In this document: piece by piece, positions 41,120 through 55,257 of the stretch
Numbering within the stretch: position 1 is the first letter of the stretch
How the letters are laid out: every line of letters begins with the position of its first letter
From: Octopus vulgaris
Taxonomy: Eukaryota
DNA length: 64,000 nt
Assembly (NCBI GenBank): GCA_951406725.2
Contig: CATOCA020000001.1
Location: 6,200,001-6,264,000 of the forward strand
Direction: 5' to 3'
Program-made: the position numbers and the translations under genes
Notes under the pieces: model-generated
Seen by the model: only the letters and a program-made list of their open reading frames with translations
What the model was told of the DNA's origin: nothing
Databases searched by the model: none

Positions 41120-41910
41120 CTTTATTTATTTGGAATTAGGGAAGTGCATGAATGTCGGGCAGTATTTATGCTTACGATAAAAAATAACGTCAGAGAATTT
41201 AACAGTGAGGAGTTGTGGAGGCGAAGAATAGTTAATGACCCTTTTATACATAACATACATTTACCTATATTTGTGTTGTAGAGGGGAGCTTCACATACTA
41301 TGGACCACGATAGAGCGTGTTGGACATTGTTTTGAATTGAGGTTGTATATGTGTGTTGCTAAAGATTAAAATAGTTTAGATTCGGGATTAGTGAAAGAAT
41401 ACATATGAGCACGACAACGACATTGAAAATCCTCAGTGCCATTAATATACACCCTTGCCTGGTGGGTGCATGGGGTCATCACGTGGCACTTATAGATTAC
41501 GCTTTTGAGGAGACAGGTGTCTGCATACCATATATTTCAGAAGCGCGACAGTTGCAAGTGGTTGGGGTTTACTATTAGTAATGTTGATGTTGGTTGGTTT
41601 GTTGTTAGTGGGGAGAATCTAAATTAGGATTTATATTAGTATCGGATTGAGAGGTTGTAATGGAACTAGTATTTGTCGTCTCGTAGACAGGGTTGTAGAA
41701 TATTGGCTTAAGATTAGTATTATACAATTGAAGTGGCTTATTAATGTTTGTATTATTGTATTGTGAAGTTTAGCTTGGGATTTTGGGGAAGATTTTGGTT
41801 TTTATCCACACATAAAGCCTACCGGTGTTTTATAAAGACTTATGGAACCACGTGACCGCTGCTAGCTTTGTTGTTGTTGATGTGTATGTATTTTCAAAAT
41901 GTTTTATTCT
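41120..41910 (-). mobile_element. Penelope-like GIY-YIG fragment (array copy)
   Basis: Near-identical to 660-1450. Confidence 0.78.
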
Positions 41911-44470
41911 TCAACTTTGAGATGTATTGTTGATTTTTTTTATTTTATCTTACTATAATCAGCAACAAACACCTTCCGTCAATATTAAATTCTTTATTGG
42001 ATAAAAAAAACATTATCAAAACATGAAGTTAAAACAAAACAAATGTGCTTTGTTTTCTTCCAGGCACAAATGTCCTGTAGCAATAGTCTTTCATCGACCG
42101 ACCTTTCCTCCAAAAAAATCAGTGGAATCATTCGATCTCCATACACAAATTATTTTCCTCCTGGAACTATAAAAAAAGTTACACACATTAGGCGCACCTT
42201 TCTCTAAGCGGCACACTAAATTTCCCAGGTAAAAAATAGCGGCTTATACACCGGAAAATACGGTGTTTCTTTTTTTGTCATATTCATATCGACTTTTCCT
42301 CCATAAACGTTACACAAACACTTGACTGCGCATGCCTAAATGTCTATATTAAAGCATTTTCTAAGCTAAATTCTCTGCCTGATCTACAGGCTCATTAGGC
42401 CCCCAGTATATCTCGGTATCGAACGTATTTCAACACACAAGGATACAACACACCGGATACCAGTCTGTCGCAATGTTAACCCCTGGTTAATGCTGGTGCT
42501 TTTCAGATGAGAGCACTGGAAGTGTCTTTCTCGTGGACACAACTTACCGAAACAATAATCCATACGCCTATATGTGTGTGCGCTTATGTACATATCTGTG
42601 CGTATGTGGGTGTATTTTTGTATGCATGTACACACACACACATCATCTTTTATTCTTTTAATCTTTTGCTTATTTAAGGTGAATTTCAAAGTCGTTATGC
42701 CAATCACATAATCCCCTTCCGACATAGGCCAAAAGTAAAGCTACGAAAGTGGCTAAGTTTGGAAGAAAACGAAACACCACATGTGACTGGATGGGAAGTA
42801 ATTGAGAATCCATAACTTATGTGAATGGATCGAATAATATATGCTTTGTTTAGCTGAAAGAGTGCATATCCTGTTCAGATCTAAGATGCTTAATTCTCTA
42901 TTGGACTCTAAGTCGGGAATTTTCAGTCGTTATCAAGTATAAATATATTTTGAAAAACTGAAAAATTCCGTCTATTCTTGATTAAAATTATGATATCTTT
43001 TTAGCCTTATAATTCAAGGTCTAACGAGGAGAACTCTTAAATGCTGTTTTTACTTTTCCCTTTTCCCATTTTCGTTTTTGTGCTTTCGCTTTCCGATTTC
43101 CGGAACATTCTGCGTAAACGGTGAACAGGTGTGGTCATCGTTTGTCAAACATGCTTTTCAACATCTCATCTCCTTGAGTAAGCTGCAGTCCTGGGTCAAG
43201 AAGAGACCGAGGAAGGGTTACTGGCATCTGGAATGTTGCTAGGCACTCACTGTCCTCTACCAGGTGGGCAATGCGATCAGTGGAAAATCCACTCTGAAGT
43301 TCTATGGAGGGTTAGTGGAGGGAAATTGCGATGAAGCACTTGGAGAGACGCTAGGCGTTGACAAAATTGAACTAACCAGTCTGTTGAGGAGGACTTTCAA
43401 GACGGGGATAATGGATAACTTCTAGAAGTCCCTTGCTTTGCAGTGCTATCGGGGGGCACTGCCGGATCGAGATAAACTCTACAAGCACGGAATTGCTGTC
43501 TGACCGACCTACCCGAGATATGCGCAGAGCGATGAAAGCGTTCTGCACGCACTCGTCCAGTGTCCTTGCATTACTGACATGTGGAGTTATGTTGAAAAGC
43601 TGTTATTAAGTGTAGGTGGTTCTATCTATCGGCCGAGTCCGTAGTGAAGATCGATCAGCCGCTTTCCATCAGTCCGGAAGGTCAGGCAATTTACTTATGT
43701 CTAATAGCAGTAGCGAAAGAGGCTGTATTGTGGACCAGGTTAAACGGACTAAAGGCAGAGACTTTTCTCTACGGCCAATCACGGGTCACCTTTTTCAAAT
43801 TTCCTTTGGAAAGGAAGATGAGGGTGCAGAGTGAAGTGCTGCCTCCCAGTACGTTTGCCAAAAGGTGGATGAATAGCGAAAATGGTACGTGTGAGTGGAC
43901 TTACTCTAATAACACGCCTTTGAGCTAGTGAATTTGAAAGAGGAGAGTGTCTTCCCAGATGCCTCGAAGCGTCGAGTGGTTCAGGATTGGGGTGGGGTAC
44001 CTGAGCCAACTCCAGGGGATTACCTGTACCTATTACGAACTTTCATTGTTATATTCTTTTGTCGGATATCATTGTCATTCTTTTAACTGTGTACTCGTTG
44101 TCTCAGCGTTAAATCTCCACTGTCCATGTCTACTGTATCCTGTTTCTTTACTACCCACAAGGGGCTAAACACAGAAAAGACAAACAAGGACAGACAAACG
44201 GATTAAGTCGATTATATCGACCACAGTGCGTAACTGGTACTTCTTTAATCGACCCCGAAAGGATGAAAGGAAATGTCGACCTTGGATGAATTTGAACTCA
44301 GAACGTAACGGCAGAAGAAATACCGCTAAGCATTTCGCTCGACGTACTGAAGATTCTGCCAGCTCACACCGCATTTTCTACTGTATCTTCTCCCATATGG
44401 CGGCGCTATTGGCAAATAATAATAATAATAATAATGATAATAATAATAGTAACAACACTAGTAAATAATA

Positions 44471-44534
<64 letters not shown>

Positions 44535-44543
44535 GTAACAATA

Positions 44544-44584
<41 letters not shown>

Positions 44585-44611
44585 CATTATTATTTTTATT
44601 ATTATCATTAT

Positions 44612-44705
<94 letters not shown>

Positions 44706-45033
44706 GGAATTTTTTTCGGGCTAAACTTTTCACTCACTTCTTTACAATAAAATTATGTCAATTAATGCAATAGTTAATGTGATATTCCCTTCAGTTTTAT
44801 ATTAAAGAAAAGCATAGGCAGGGCTGTGTATCTAATTGCATCACACACACAGACACACACACACACACTCACAATCGTACACATCAACTCTCCTACTCTT
44901 CTTTCGCCTCTCTCTCTTCTATCACTCCCTCTCCCCACTCTCTCATTTTAACTCTTCCACTTCCACCGCCAATCATCATAAACTGCTGACTGAAACTTTT
45001 CACATCGAAATAGTATAATTAGAAATACAGATG

Positions 45034-45112
<79 letters not shown>

Positions 45113-46614
45113 CATATACATATATATATATATATTTATATATATGTGTTTTAGGATGTGGAATGTTCGTATCAGCTAACACGGACTGTGTCATCATAAT
45201 ACTGTCCACGAAGCGTTGATAGGAGCAAAGCTTATCCAAGAGAAGTCGGTGGGCCTGCAAATTGGCAGTTGGAGAGGCAGACCCATACCAACCGACAGTT
45301 TGTAGGGCGCTAGACGGAAAGACAGGTTAAACTGCTTGGGTTCTGGTTTGCTCTTGACCTCGGGGTGGACAACAACGTGTGGAAGGTGACGAACAGGATA
45401 GTCGATCTCACCCAGAAGTTGGCAGAGAGGAAGCTGTTCGTGAAGGGTCGAGTCGAAGTGGCGAATGCGTACATCCCTTCCGTCATCTATGACTTTCTGA
45501 ATGTAGTCCCATGCCCGATAAAGTTAGAGCGTTTGTTATTCCGCTTTCTAAAGAAGGGACGTGTTCCGCTCATCAGACGGTCCATCTGCTGTAAGCTACC
45601 TCTCAGTGGAGTACTGGACATGTCGTTGCTAATGATTCGCAGACATACGCTGAGACTGCGACATCTCCTTCGTTTCTTTAGCGGTGAGAATAGGGGATTG
45701 ACTGTTTGTGAAGCGGGCACTTTCCGCAGCTCGTCTCACTGATGAAGCTATAGTACTGAGTCAAGCGTTGGCCAAGAAAGGGCGCTTGGCACCTGGAGTC
45801 TCGGCAAGCTTTCACAGCTTTCTGCCAGTCGGGCAACGCGGGCGTTGATAGTTCCACTATAGATTTCTATAGGGAATTAGGAGAGGGGAAAGAACAACGA
45901 AGAAATCGAGGTAAATTCTGGGCGTAGGTTGAGGGAATCAACTAACTGGTCTTTAACTTCCAGGAATCCCTGGCCTGGTGGTGCTACCGGGGAGCTCTGC
46001 CGATTCAAGACAAGCTCTACAGATACGAAAGTGTTGTCGGACGGATATGTTTGGGTTGTGTGCAGGCCGATGAAATAGTCCTGCATGCACTCGTCCATCC
46101 AGTTTACGAGCCGAGTTCATTGTAAAGATCGCCCCGCCACCTTCTTTAGGCCGGGAAGGAAAAGCAGTTTCTTCTGCCCGGTGGCTAAGCAAGTAGTGTG
46201 GTGGACGAGACTGAAAACATTAAAGACTAAACCTCCTTCACAGTAAAATTATGTCACTTAATATTATCATTAAATATTATCATAAATATTCATTTCAGTT
46301 TTATATTAAAGAAACTCATAGATATGGTTATGTATCTCATTGCATCACACTCAAACACACACAGACACACACACACACGCACACAGACACACACACAGAT
46401 ACTGGAAGACAATTAGTTTTTTTTTTCCAATTTCCTTTTTTATCTTTCACTTTTTGCAGAAGGCATCAAGAATACTGGAGACTTTCTCAGATACAAATAC
46501 GTTAAACAGTTTAGAGGCCCCTGCATGTTTTCCTCTCCCTCTTCCCCTCACTCCTATGAAAATAGGACATCAAACTATTGAAGGTTTGGGTACAGATGAG
46601 CTCTCTCTCTCTCT

Positions 46615-47024
46615 TTTTTACTCTTTTACTTGTTTCAGTGATTTGAATGTGGCCGTGCTGGAGCACCGCCTTTTGTCGAGTAAATCGACCCAAGGACTTA
46701 TTCATGTAAGCCTAGTACTTCTTCTATCGGTCTCTTTAGCCGAACCGCTAACTTACAGGGACATAAACACACCAGCATCGGTTGTCAAGCGATGTTGGGG
46801 CGGGGCGGGACAACACTGACATACAAACACACACATAGAAATATATATATATGCATATATACAACGGGCTTCTTTCAGTTTCCGTCTACTAAATCCACTC
46901 ACAAGGCTTTAGTCGGCCCGAGGCTATAGTAGAAGACGCTCGCCCAAAGTGCCACGCAGTGGGATTGAACCCGGAACAATGTGGTTGGTAAGCAAGCTAC
47001 TTACCACACAGCCACTCCCGCGCC
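46615..47024 (-). mobile_element. Full-length tRNA-derived SINE (array copy)
   Basis: Near-identical to 6752-7162 at the same site. Confidence 0.88.
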
Positions 47025-47099
47025 TATAGAAGTTTGGAATATAATTGTGTCAATTATTATAATCGTTATATATCTCAGTGCATCACACACACACAGGCA

Positions 47100-47169
<70 letters not shown>

Positions 47170-48283
47170 AGGACATATACACTTGAAGACCCTTCACACC
47201 ACAAAATCCTCGCCTGTCATCCTTCTTTCGTATAAAATATTGCTACTTTGATAACGAAAATTCTTTTCCCATAACTTTAAAGCTGCTAAAACCTTTAATT
47301 CCTCTTCAGAATTGTTATAATTTCTCTATCATATACTTTATTTCACAAACGTAATTTTCTGAAACGAACTATTGTTAAATGAATTTGTATCGTTTGCTTC
47401 CATGTCAATCATTATATATACCATTTAAATTATTATCGTTATTGATAACTTGATTTTCTGAAGTGACACTATCGTTAAATGAATCTATCGTCTGCTCACA
47501 GGAAATATTTGGCTGCTATTTCTAGCACATCCAGCTTAAGCTTCAGAGATTCTTCACGAAGAGAATGGTGGATGACAATGTGAACACTGGAGGGTCTAAC
47601 AATGAAATTAGAAATGTACTTCATTTTAATTTTGACTTTAGACGGTGTATTTCGGTAGAGATCGATGATCAATAGTTATCGAGCAAAAGTGAGATGATTG
47701 TAAAACATGAAAAATCTGTCGTCTGATCGAATAACAATATTTTGTTCATTTCCGGTTAATGTCGCTTTTAAACGATTTTTCTCAAATATTTTTTGTTTCT
47801 TCCTTTGCTTCTGACGTTATTTCTTTGATACGAAAGTTTCTTGGAGAGTATTACTTCTTCTCTGCCCCTCCACTGTTCATAAGTGTTGGCTAGGTTTTAA
47901 TTGTTTAGGGCTCTGCAATATGCTTGGTTTCTTTTATTTAATATCTTAACCCGGATGTTTTTCATTTGATTTCTCTTTTTGTATGTCTCCTTTTTCCAAG
48001 CTGAGTTCATTCAATTCTTTTAGTACGTCTTGTGTGGTTGAATTTAGGTTGTGGATATCCGTTTCTGGAGTTCTGCTTTGGTTCTCATTTTGGTGTTGGT
48101 ATGTAAGAAGGGAATAAAGTGTTTCTATGTAGATTTGCGTCTTGTGTGCCATTTCATGGAAGGCATCAGCAAGGCATTCATGTTTTATCATGTTTGAAAC
48201 TTTTTGGTAAATTTCTTCTAATAATATTTCAGATTTCAATGATTCGGCACACACACACATACACACAAAAATGTGCATGAATG

Positions 48284-48314
<31 letters not shown>

Positions 48315-48375
48315 GATATATACATATACATGAATATATACGTATATATAATTCTGATAACTGTGTGTGCGTGTT

Positions 48376-48408
<33 letters not shown>

Positions 48409-48417
48409 ATATATATG

Positions 48418-48739
48418 GACCCGACGCACAAACAGAAACGGGGCCTCAAGCCAACACACAAACCTGAATAACAATAAAAATAGAAACACACCATGCTGCA
48501 GTAATGCTGGTCCAGTCTTTTCAGGAAGACACAAAAACAACAACAACAAAAGTGGAAACTACAACCCTATCCAACAGTGCAACCACACCTCCAGCCAAAA
48601 ACTGCTCGCTAAGCAGGAAAATTCTTTTTTAGCCATGTTGAACATGGAAAAAGAGATACACAAAAACATTCTAGCCATCACTCAACACCATCCTATGCTA
48701 TTACCCCAGTGCACCAATTCCCCACATTGCTGCCACTAA
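48418..48739 (+). pseudogene. 3' remnant of LINE ORF1
   Basis: Open N/Q/H/P-rich frame from the insertion edge to a stop at 48739, overlapping ORF2. Assignment is by position only. Confidence 0.6.
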
Positions 48740-51700
48740 CACACACAAAAAATCCAAGCCCCCTGCAACAGTCAAAACCAGCCACTACACTAACCTCCAC
48801 ATTCCTACTCAATGCACAAGGTGTCAGCCCTTCCATCAATGCACTAAAATGGAAGGTCCAATTCATTGAAGACTGGGTTGGTAACCATTCACACCACATC
48901 CCTTTCTTCATTCTCACTGAGACCCACCTTGACAACTCCCACTTGGAAGCCGAGGTGAGAGTGAAGAATTTCACAACCATCCGCGCGGATCGTATCGGCA
49001 GGAGGAAGGGTGGAACTGCCATTTTCCTGCATGATTCATTTACGGCAGATGGAAATAGTATATTCTCCAACGGCTACTGTGAATCAGTCACCGTGCACAA
49101 CAAAGCCAATGACCTGACAGTAATTGGGCTCTATAGGCCGCCCCAAACACCCATACTGTGCTTTAAAGAATGCCTCAACAGCATTAAGTGCTTTATTCAA
49201 CAGTGCCATTCTAGCAACATACTCATGATGGGAGACTTCAATCTACCCTGTGTTGACTGGACTACAAACTGTTTGAAACCAAGCACTCCCGCCTCAACCG
49301 CTGACAAAGAAGCAGCAGAGTCACTTTTCGACTTTACGAATGAGTTTTTCTTGTCCCAACTTGTCCTTGCACCAACAAGACATCAGAACATTTTGGACCT
49401 AGTGTTTAGTAACCACACTAACACTATACATAACGTTACAGTGGAAAAAACCCTTCTTTCAGACCATGACATGGTTCTCTGTAACATGAAATTCCACCAG
49501 CCGAAAGCTAATCCTAGTGACCTTCCTCCAGCCCACCCATTTGACAACATGGATCTCCATAAAGCCAACTGGGATGCAATCAGGAACGAGCTATCAAATG
49601 TTGACTGGTCCTTTACACATACACACATCTCCACCAACCATAAAACATCTTGGCAGATCTTTGTAGACACCGTCACAGACATATGTGCAAAACACTCCCC
49701 ACCAAGACCTGTGAACAAAAAGTGCAGAATCCCCCAAAACAGAAAAACCATTATCAGAAACATAAAAAGAACAAACAAAAAAATTAACAAACTAAAGTAC
49801 TGCCAACAGCAACACACACATTCGACGGCTATCGCACTGCTTGAATCCAAAAAATATAACCTCCAACAATGCATGAAGACCCTCATCAATAACCAAAGAT
49901 CAGCTGAGGAGAAGTGGGCCATTGAAAAAATCAAACTCAACCCCAAAGTGTTCTTTTCATTTGCGAGGAAACGCAGGGTCACTGTCTCCACTGTAGGCCC
50001 TCTAATTGACGAAACTGGCACTCTCCAAGATAATGCCAAATCCATGGCCGAGATACTGCAGAAACAATACTGCTCTGTTTTCAGCAATCCTGATATGGCC
50101 GATCTGGGCTGTATCAGTGATGTCAACCCCCAACACACTATATCGGACATAACGTTTAGTGCCCCTGATGTCTTAGCGGCGATAAACGAAATAAAACACA
50201 ATTCAGCAGTAGGCCCCGATAGGTTCCCTGCTTGTGTCCTGAAGGTGTGTCGACACCAACTTGCATCTCCCCTTGCTAATCTGTGGAGAAACTCACTGGA
50301 TGCTGGCTATATTCAAAAAAACCTTCTGTCCCAGTCTGTTGTCCCAGTTTTCAAAAAGGGAAACAAGTCCCTTGCAGTGAATTACCGTCCGATCTCACTC
50401 ACCTCTCATATCATCAAGGTATTTGAGAGGGTGGTGAGATCTCGAATAACCCAATTTCTAGAAAGCAACAGACGGCTGATCTCCAACCAACATGGGTTCC
50501 GTAATGGAAGGGACTGCCTAACGCAGCTCCTGCATCACTTTGAGGACATTTTGAGAGCTTTGGGAGAGGGCTCCAACACCGATGTCATCTACCTTGATTT
50601 CAGTAAGGCCTTCGACAGGGTCGATCACAAGATCCTATTGAAAAAACTATCCAACATTGGTGTCTCTGGAAAGTTACTGAAATGGATTAAGTGTTTCCTG
50701 ACAGACAGATCTCAACATGTTGTAGTTGAAGGGGTAAAATCAAGCCCAGCCAAAGTCAGTAGTGGCGTTCCGCAAGGCACTGTGCTGGGCCCACTTCTTT
50801 TCATCATTTACATTAATGACATTAATGACATCATCAAGCACAGCAACATAAAAATCTTTGCAGATGACTCCAAGCTACAGAAGGTCATAAATGAGGCGAG
50901 TGACCGGACATGCCTTCAGTCAGATCTACTGGCTGTTATCCAATGGGCAGAAAAAAACAATATGCTGCTGAACGAGGATAAATTTGAGCTAATCCACTTT
51001 GGAAAAGAGGATGCCCTGAAACTCCCATACTCCCTTCCTTCAGGTGAAACTCTCGCGGCGTCCAACAACATCAGAGACTTGGGAGTAATTGTGGACAACA
51101 ACGTAAGCTGGGCCACTCATATAAACACCAAAGTTGACATGGCCCGCAGAATGTGTTCCTGGATTCTCAGAACTTTCCAGTCGAGAGATATCCACACCAT
51201 TATCCTTCTCTTCTCCACTTTTGCCCGACCCCACCTTGAATACTGTTGTCCACTGTGGTCTCCCCACACAATACAAGGTATCATAAAAGTTGAAGCACCT
51301 CAAAGGGCAATCACAAAAAAGATAGATGGCATGACAGGCCTCGACTATTGGGGTCGACTAGAAAAGCTAAAACTCTATTCTCTCCAACGTCGTCGCGAGC
51401 GCTACATCATCTGCATGATGTGGAAAATATTCCATCAGCATTGCCCAAATGATGTTGGCATCACCTTTAAGGTACATCCAAGGCTTGGGCCCCGTGCCAT
51501 CCGCCCAAAACAAAAATCGCACTCTCATCTCATAACAACAATACGGCACAATTATTTCACCTCAATTGGCCCCGCTCTCTTTAACATTACACCAAAACAC
51601 ATTAAAACAGAAACTGACCCTATAGGGTTCAAGAAGTCTTTGGACAGATTCCTTCAAGAAATCCCGGATAAACCCCCTACACCCGGATATGTCTCTGTAA

Positions 51701-51744
51701 ACAATAACTCTCTACTTGAGTGGGCCATAGTGCCCAAATTCTGA
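48709..51744 (+). CDS. LINE ORF2: apurinic-like endonuclease + reverse transcriptase (frame open from 48613; no AUG before 49225)
   Basis: APE motifs LNAQG, LTETHL, GLYRPP, GDFNLP, LDLVF, SDH; RT motifs [40 protein letters not shown]. 1011 codons without a stop. Confidence 0.92.
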   Translation: MHQFPTLLPLTHTKNPSPLQQSKPATTLTSTFLLNAQGVSPSINALKWKVQFIEDWVGNHSHHIPFFILTETHLDNSHLEAEVRVKNFTTIRADRIGRRKGGTAIFLHDSFTADGNSIFSNGYCESVTVHNKANDLTVIGLYRPPQTPILCFKECLNSIKCFIQQCHSSNILMMGDFNLPCVDWTTNCLKPSTPASTADKEAAESLFDFTNEFFLSQLVLAPTRHQNILDLVFSNHTNTIHNVTVEKTLLSDHDMVLCNMKFHQPKANPSDLPPAHPFDNMDLHKANWDAIRNELSNVDWSFTHTHISTNHKTSWQIFVDTVTDICAKHSPPRPVNKKCRIPQNRKTIIRNIKRTNKKINKLKYCQQQHTHSTAIALLESKKYNLQQCMKTLINNQRSAEEKWAIEKIKLNPKVFFSFARKRRVTVSTVGPLIDETGTLQDNAKSMAEILQKQYCSVFSNPDMADLGCISDVNPQHTISDITFSAPDVLAAINEIKHNSAVGPDRFPACVLKVCRHQLASPLANLWRNSLDAGYIQKNLLSQSVVPVFKKGNKSLAVNYRPISLTSHIIKVFERVVRSRITQFLESNRRLISNQHGFRNGRDCLTQLLHHFEDILRALGEGSNTDVIYLDFSKAFDRVDHKILLKKLSNIGVSGKLLKWIKCFLTDRSQHVVVEGVKSSPAKVSSGVPQGTVLGPLLFIIYINDINDIIKHSNIKIFADDSKLQKVINEASDRTCLQSDLLAVIQWAEKNNMLLNEDKFELIHFGKEDALKLPYSLPSGETLAASNNIRDLGVIVDNNVSWATHINTKVDMARRMCSWILRTFQSRDIHTIILLFSTFARPHLEYCCPLWSPHTIQGIIKVEAPQRAITKKIDGMTGLDYWGRLEKLKLYSLQRRRERYIICMMWKIFHQHCPNDVGITFKVHPRLGPRAIRPKQKSHSHLITTIRHNYFTSIGPALFNITPKHIKTETDPIGFKKSLDRFLQEIPDKPPTPGYVSVNNNSLLEWAIVPKF

Positions 51745-51834
51745 CTTGAAAGACTTCACCAGGTGGTGCTATTAAGTTAGACATGGCCTGGACCAATAAT
51801 GGCCGAAACCTATCAAAGTATCAAAGTATCAAAG

Positions 51835-51867
<33 letters not shown>

Positions 51868-52193
51868 CCATACATATATACACACACACAGCTATATCAC
51901 AATTTGTAAAATAGTACTTAGATTAGTTCAAGTTAATTTCAGTTCCGCGGATGCAAACAGTCTCATACAGTTACGCATACACACACACACACATACACAC
52001 ACAAAACCCTCTTATATTTCTTTCTCCCGCCCTCTCTCTCTCTCTCTCTATTACTTTCTTTCCCCTCTCTCATTTACACTCTTCCACTATCAACGCTCAT
52101 CTTTGACTGGTGACGCAAACTTTTCATATCGCATTCATATAATGAGAAACAAAGACGTCAATCTATATCTACACACACACGCACACACAAACA

Positions 52194-52261
<68 letters not shown>

Positions 52262-52599
52262 GCATAATTGTGTGCGGTGTGTTCCTATACTTCATGAATG
52301 GTAAATAAACAAATGACGCAAAATATATATTAATGTAGGAGTTTATATTTTTATATATGTGCGTGTATGTGTGTGTGTTTGCATTTATGTATGTAAGAGC
52401 TTGTATGTATATATTATGTATTTGTAAATGCACGTTGGGATATTTCAGATTTATTGCATATGCTCATATATATATATATATATACATACATATATGCATT
52501 CATAGACACACATACACACATACACACACACATATATAAGTTATTTGGAATGTGTTCACTTGTCGAATGTCAGGTTGACTTTTGTTTCACATTACAACT

Positions 52600-52669
52600 T
52601 GTTACGTCATTTGTTTATGTGCCATACATTTTTCATTGAAGTAGCGGAACACAACGCACACAATTATGC

Positions 52670-52721
<52 letters not shown>

Positions 52722-52950
52722 TTGTTTGTGTGTGTGTGTAGATATAGATTGGCGTCTTTGTTTCTCATTATATGAAAGCGATATGAAAAGTTTGCGTCAG
52801 CAGTCAAAGATGGGCGGTGCTAGTGGAAGAGTGTAAATGAGAGAGGGGAAAGAAAGTGATAGAAAGAGAGAGGGCAGGAGAAAGAAGAGGAAGAGGGTTT
52901 TGTGTGTTTGTATGTGTGTGTGTATGCGTAAATGTATGAGACTGTTTGCA
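52600..52950 (-). repeat. Inverted duplicate of ~55678-56013
   Basis: Reverse complement sharing diagnostic variants (GACGTAAC, CCGCTAC, TAGCACCGCCC) with the 55.7-56.0 kb copy. Confidence 0.85.
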
Positions 52951-53099
52951 TATGTTTATATATGTGCGTGCATGTGTGTTTCTATGTAGATTTGCGTCTT
53001 TTGTGCCATTTCATGGAAGGCATCAGCAAGGCAATCATTTTTATCATGGTTGAAAGTTTTTGGTAAATTTCTTCTAATATTTCAGATTTCAGTGATACG

Positions 53100-53151
<52 letters not shown>

Positions 53152-53378
53152 GTGCATAAATGTATGATATGTATATATACATATATATATATATGTATAT
53201 AGATATATTCATATACATGAATATATACGTATATATAATTCTGATAATTGTGTGTGCGTGTTTATATATATATATACATACATATACACACACACAGATA
53301 TCACAATTTGTAAAATAGTACTTAGATTATTTCAGATTTCAGGGATGCGGCACACACACACATAAATGTGCATGAATG

Positions 53379-53421
<43 letters not shown>

Positions 53422-54466
53422 GGGCGTGCACTCTCAGGTATGCAAGGTATGCGTTGTATGCCCTGTGATTTTTTTATCCATATGATCGGAAAATTAGATA
53501 AAATAGTTACTTTGTTTCAAAGAAAATCCGTCCAGTTGTATTTTTCTCCCCTTCTCTCTCAGTGACTCTACTTCTGCTTTTAGAAGTCATGCATTGACAA
53601 GACCAGCATGTTAGACACTCCCTCTCTGTCTCAGTTTGTACTTCCTTCCTCTCTCTCTCACTCTTAGCGATTTGTTTAAAAGACATGCTAAGGGGATAGG
53701 GCATTTGAAATATTTTTACCCCCTTCCTCTTTCTCTTAGTGGTTATGCTGTGGGAAGACCCGCATGACCTCCCTCTCTGTCTCTTAGTTTGTCCCTCCTT
53801 CCTCTCTCTCTCTCTTAGTGAATTGATAAAGCAGATGCTAGGAGGAAAGGTCGTTCATAATATTTTATACCCTCTTTCTCTTTCTCTCAGTGGCATGTCA
53901 TGCTATGAGCTGACCGCATGTTACCCACTTTTTGTATCTTTTTGTTTTGTTGAAATTGACTTACAATTTACGCCGGCGCTTCCACGTGTGTTCGTATATA
54001 AGAACAGCCTTTTACGAAATGAATGAAATGTGTGTTATAAACGATATTTTGAGAAATAGTTTTTCGAAAGGAGAATTCGATGGAAAATAATTAATTATAT
54101 CGGTGGGAGACCAACACCGAAAAGGGCTAATGCATTAGATAACATTGTTATAAAAAAGATTTCCGAAGGCAACAGCCTCACGGCTTATTATTACCACAAA
54201 GGAAAATTATCATTTCATAATCAGCCTTTTTGAGCACATCATTGAAACTCCTGAAGCATGGGATGATACCACCATAAATTCAGCAATTGGATTCTTACAA
54301 ACTTTAAAAGCTCCTGATTTCTTATTTTTGTTAGAAGTATTCAGTAAGATTTTTCTTTTTTCATATTTAACATCCTCCAGAGTAAAAGTCATGACATAGT
54401 GTATTGTAAAGATCAAATAGATAAAACTAGAACTGTACTCGAAAACAAACTTGATAATTTTTCAAT

Positions 54467-54787
54467 CTCTTTTACTTGTTTCAGTCATTTGAATGCGGCC
54501 ATGCTCGAGCACCGCCTTTAATAGAGCAACTCGACCCCGGGACTTATTCTATCGGTCTATTTTGCCGAACCGCTAAGTAACGGGGAGATAAACACACCAG
54601 CATCGGTTGCCAAGCAATGCTAGGGGGACAAACACAGACGCACAAACACACACACGCATATATATACATATATACCACGGGCTTCTTTCAGTTTCCGTCT
54701 ACCAAATCCACTCACAAGGCTTTGGTCGGCCCGACACTATAGTAGAAGAACCTTGCCCAAGGTGCCACGCAGTGGAACTGAACCCGG
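54467..54787 (-). mobile_element. tRNA-SINE lacking its 5' end, nested in the hAT
   Basis: Same family as 6752-7162. Confidence 0.85.
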
Positions 54788-55005
54788 GGGGGGGGGATAT
54801 GGAGTCGATGCAGGAATCGGAATTCAGAGATCCAAGAATATATCTTTTGAGCCCCAACGACATTATAAAATGCTTTATAACAAAATTATCAGTACAATAG
54901 TTGACCAAATAAAAGCACGATATTCATCCTTAGAAGAGTTTAAATTCATGGAACTTTCGAATTTCAACAAATTTGATGAGTATTGCAAACAATTTAAAAA
55001 TCATG

Positions 55006-55257
55006 GGTACTATTTAAGAAGAGTGGTCTCGGTGCGCGCACCTGAGCATCCACGCCAGCTAGTCGTGACTAGTCGATCCTTACTTTGTGTTTTATTTACT
55101 TTGTTTAAAACATTATTTACTTTGTGTTTTTGTGTTTTATATATTTTGTTTAAAAATTTTATTTAGTTTGCTAGATAGTCGTAGGATCGACTAGTCACGA
55201 CTAGCCAGCGCGGATGCGCGAGCGCGCGCAACGGGACCACTTTTCTTAAATAGTACC
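55006..55257. mobile_element. MITE with ~75 bp terminal inverted repeats
   Basis: GGTACTATTTAAGAA..GTGGTC..CTAGTCGTGACTAGTCGATCCT pairs with AGGATCGACTAGTCACGACTAG..GACCAC..TTCTTAAATAGTACC around a T-rich core. Confidence 0.85.

Larger units (their letters stand above)
48418..51836 (+). mobile_element. CR1/L2-group LINE, truncated within ORF1, with complete ORF2 and an (ATCAAAGT)3 tail, inserted in (AT)n
   Basis: APE+RT ORF with no RNase H, a short 3'UTR, and the tandem tail TATCAAAGTATCAAAGTATCAAAGTAT. Absent from equivalent sites in other copies. Exact clade (CR1/Crack/Daphne) is not resolved. Confidence 0.92.
39920..52600 (+). repeat. Tandem unit copy 4 (unit start 40445), interrupted by a LINE at 48418-51836
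   Basis: Collinear with copy 1 to about 7900, then follows the longer variant seen at 23050-24585. Confidence 0.88.

Noticed and set aside
49383-50201. 272-aa antisense ORF within the LINE
   Set aside because: Shadow frame of ORF2 with no recognisable motifs.
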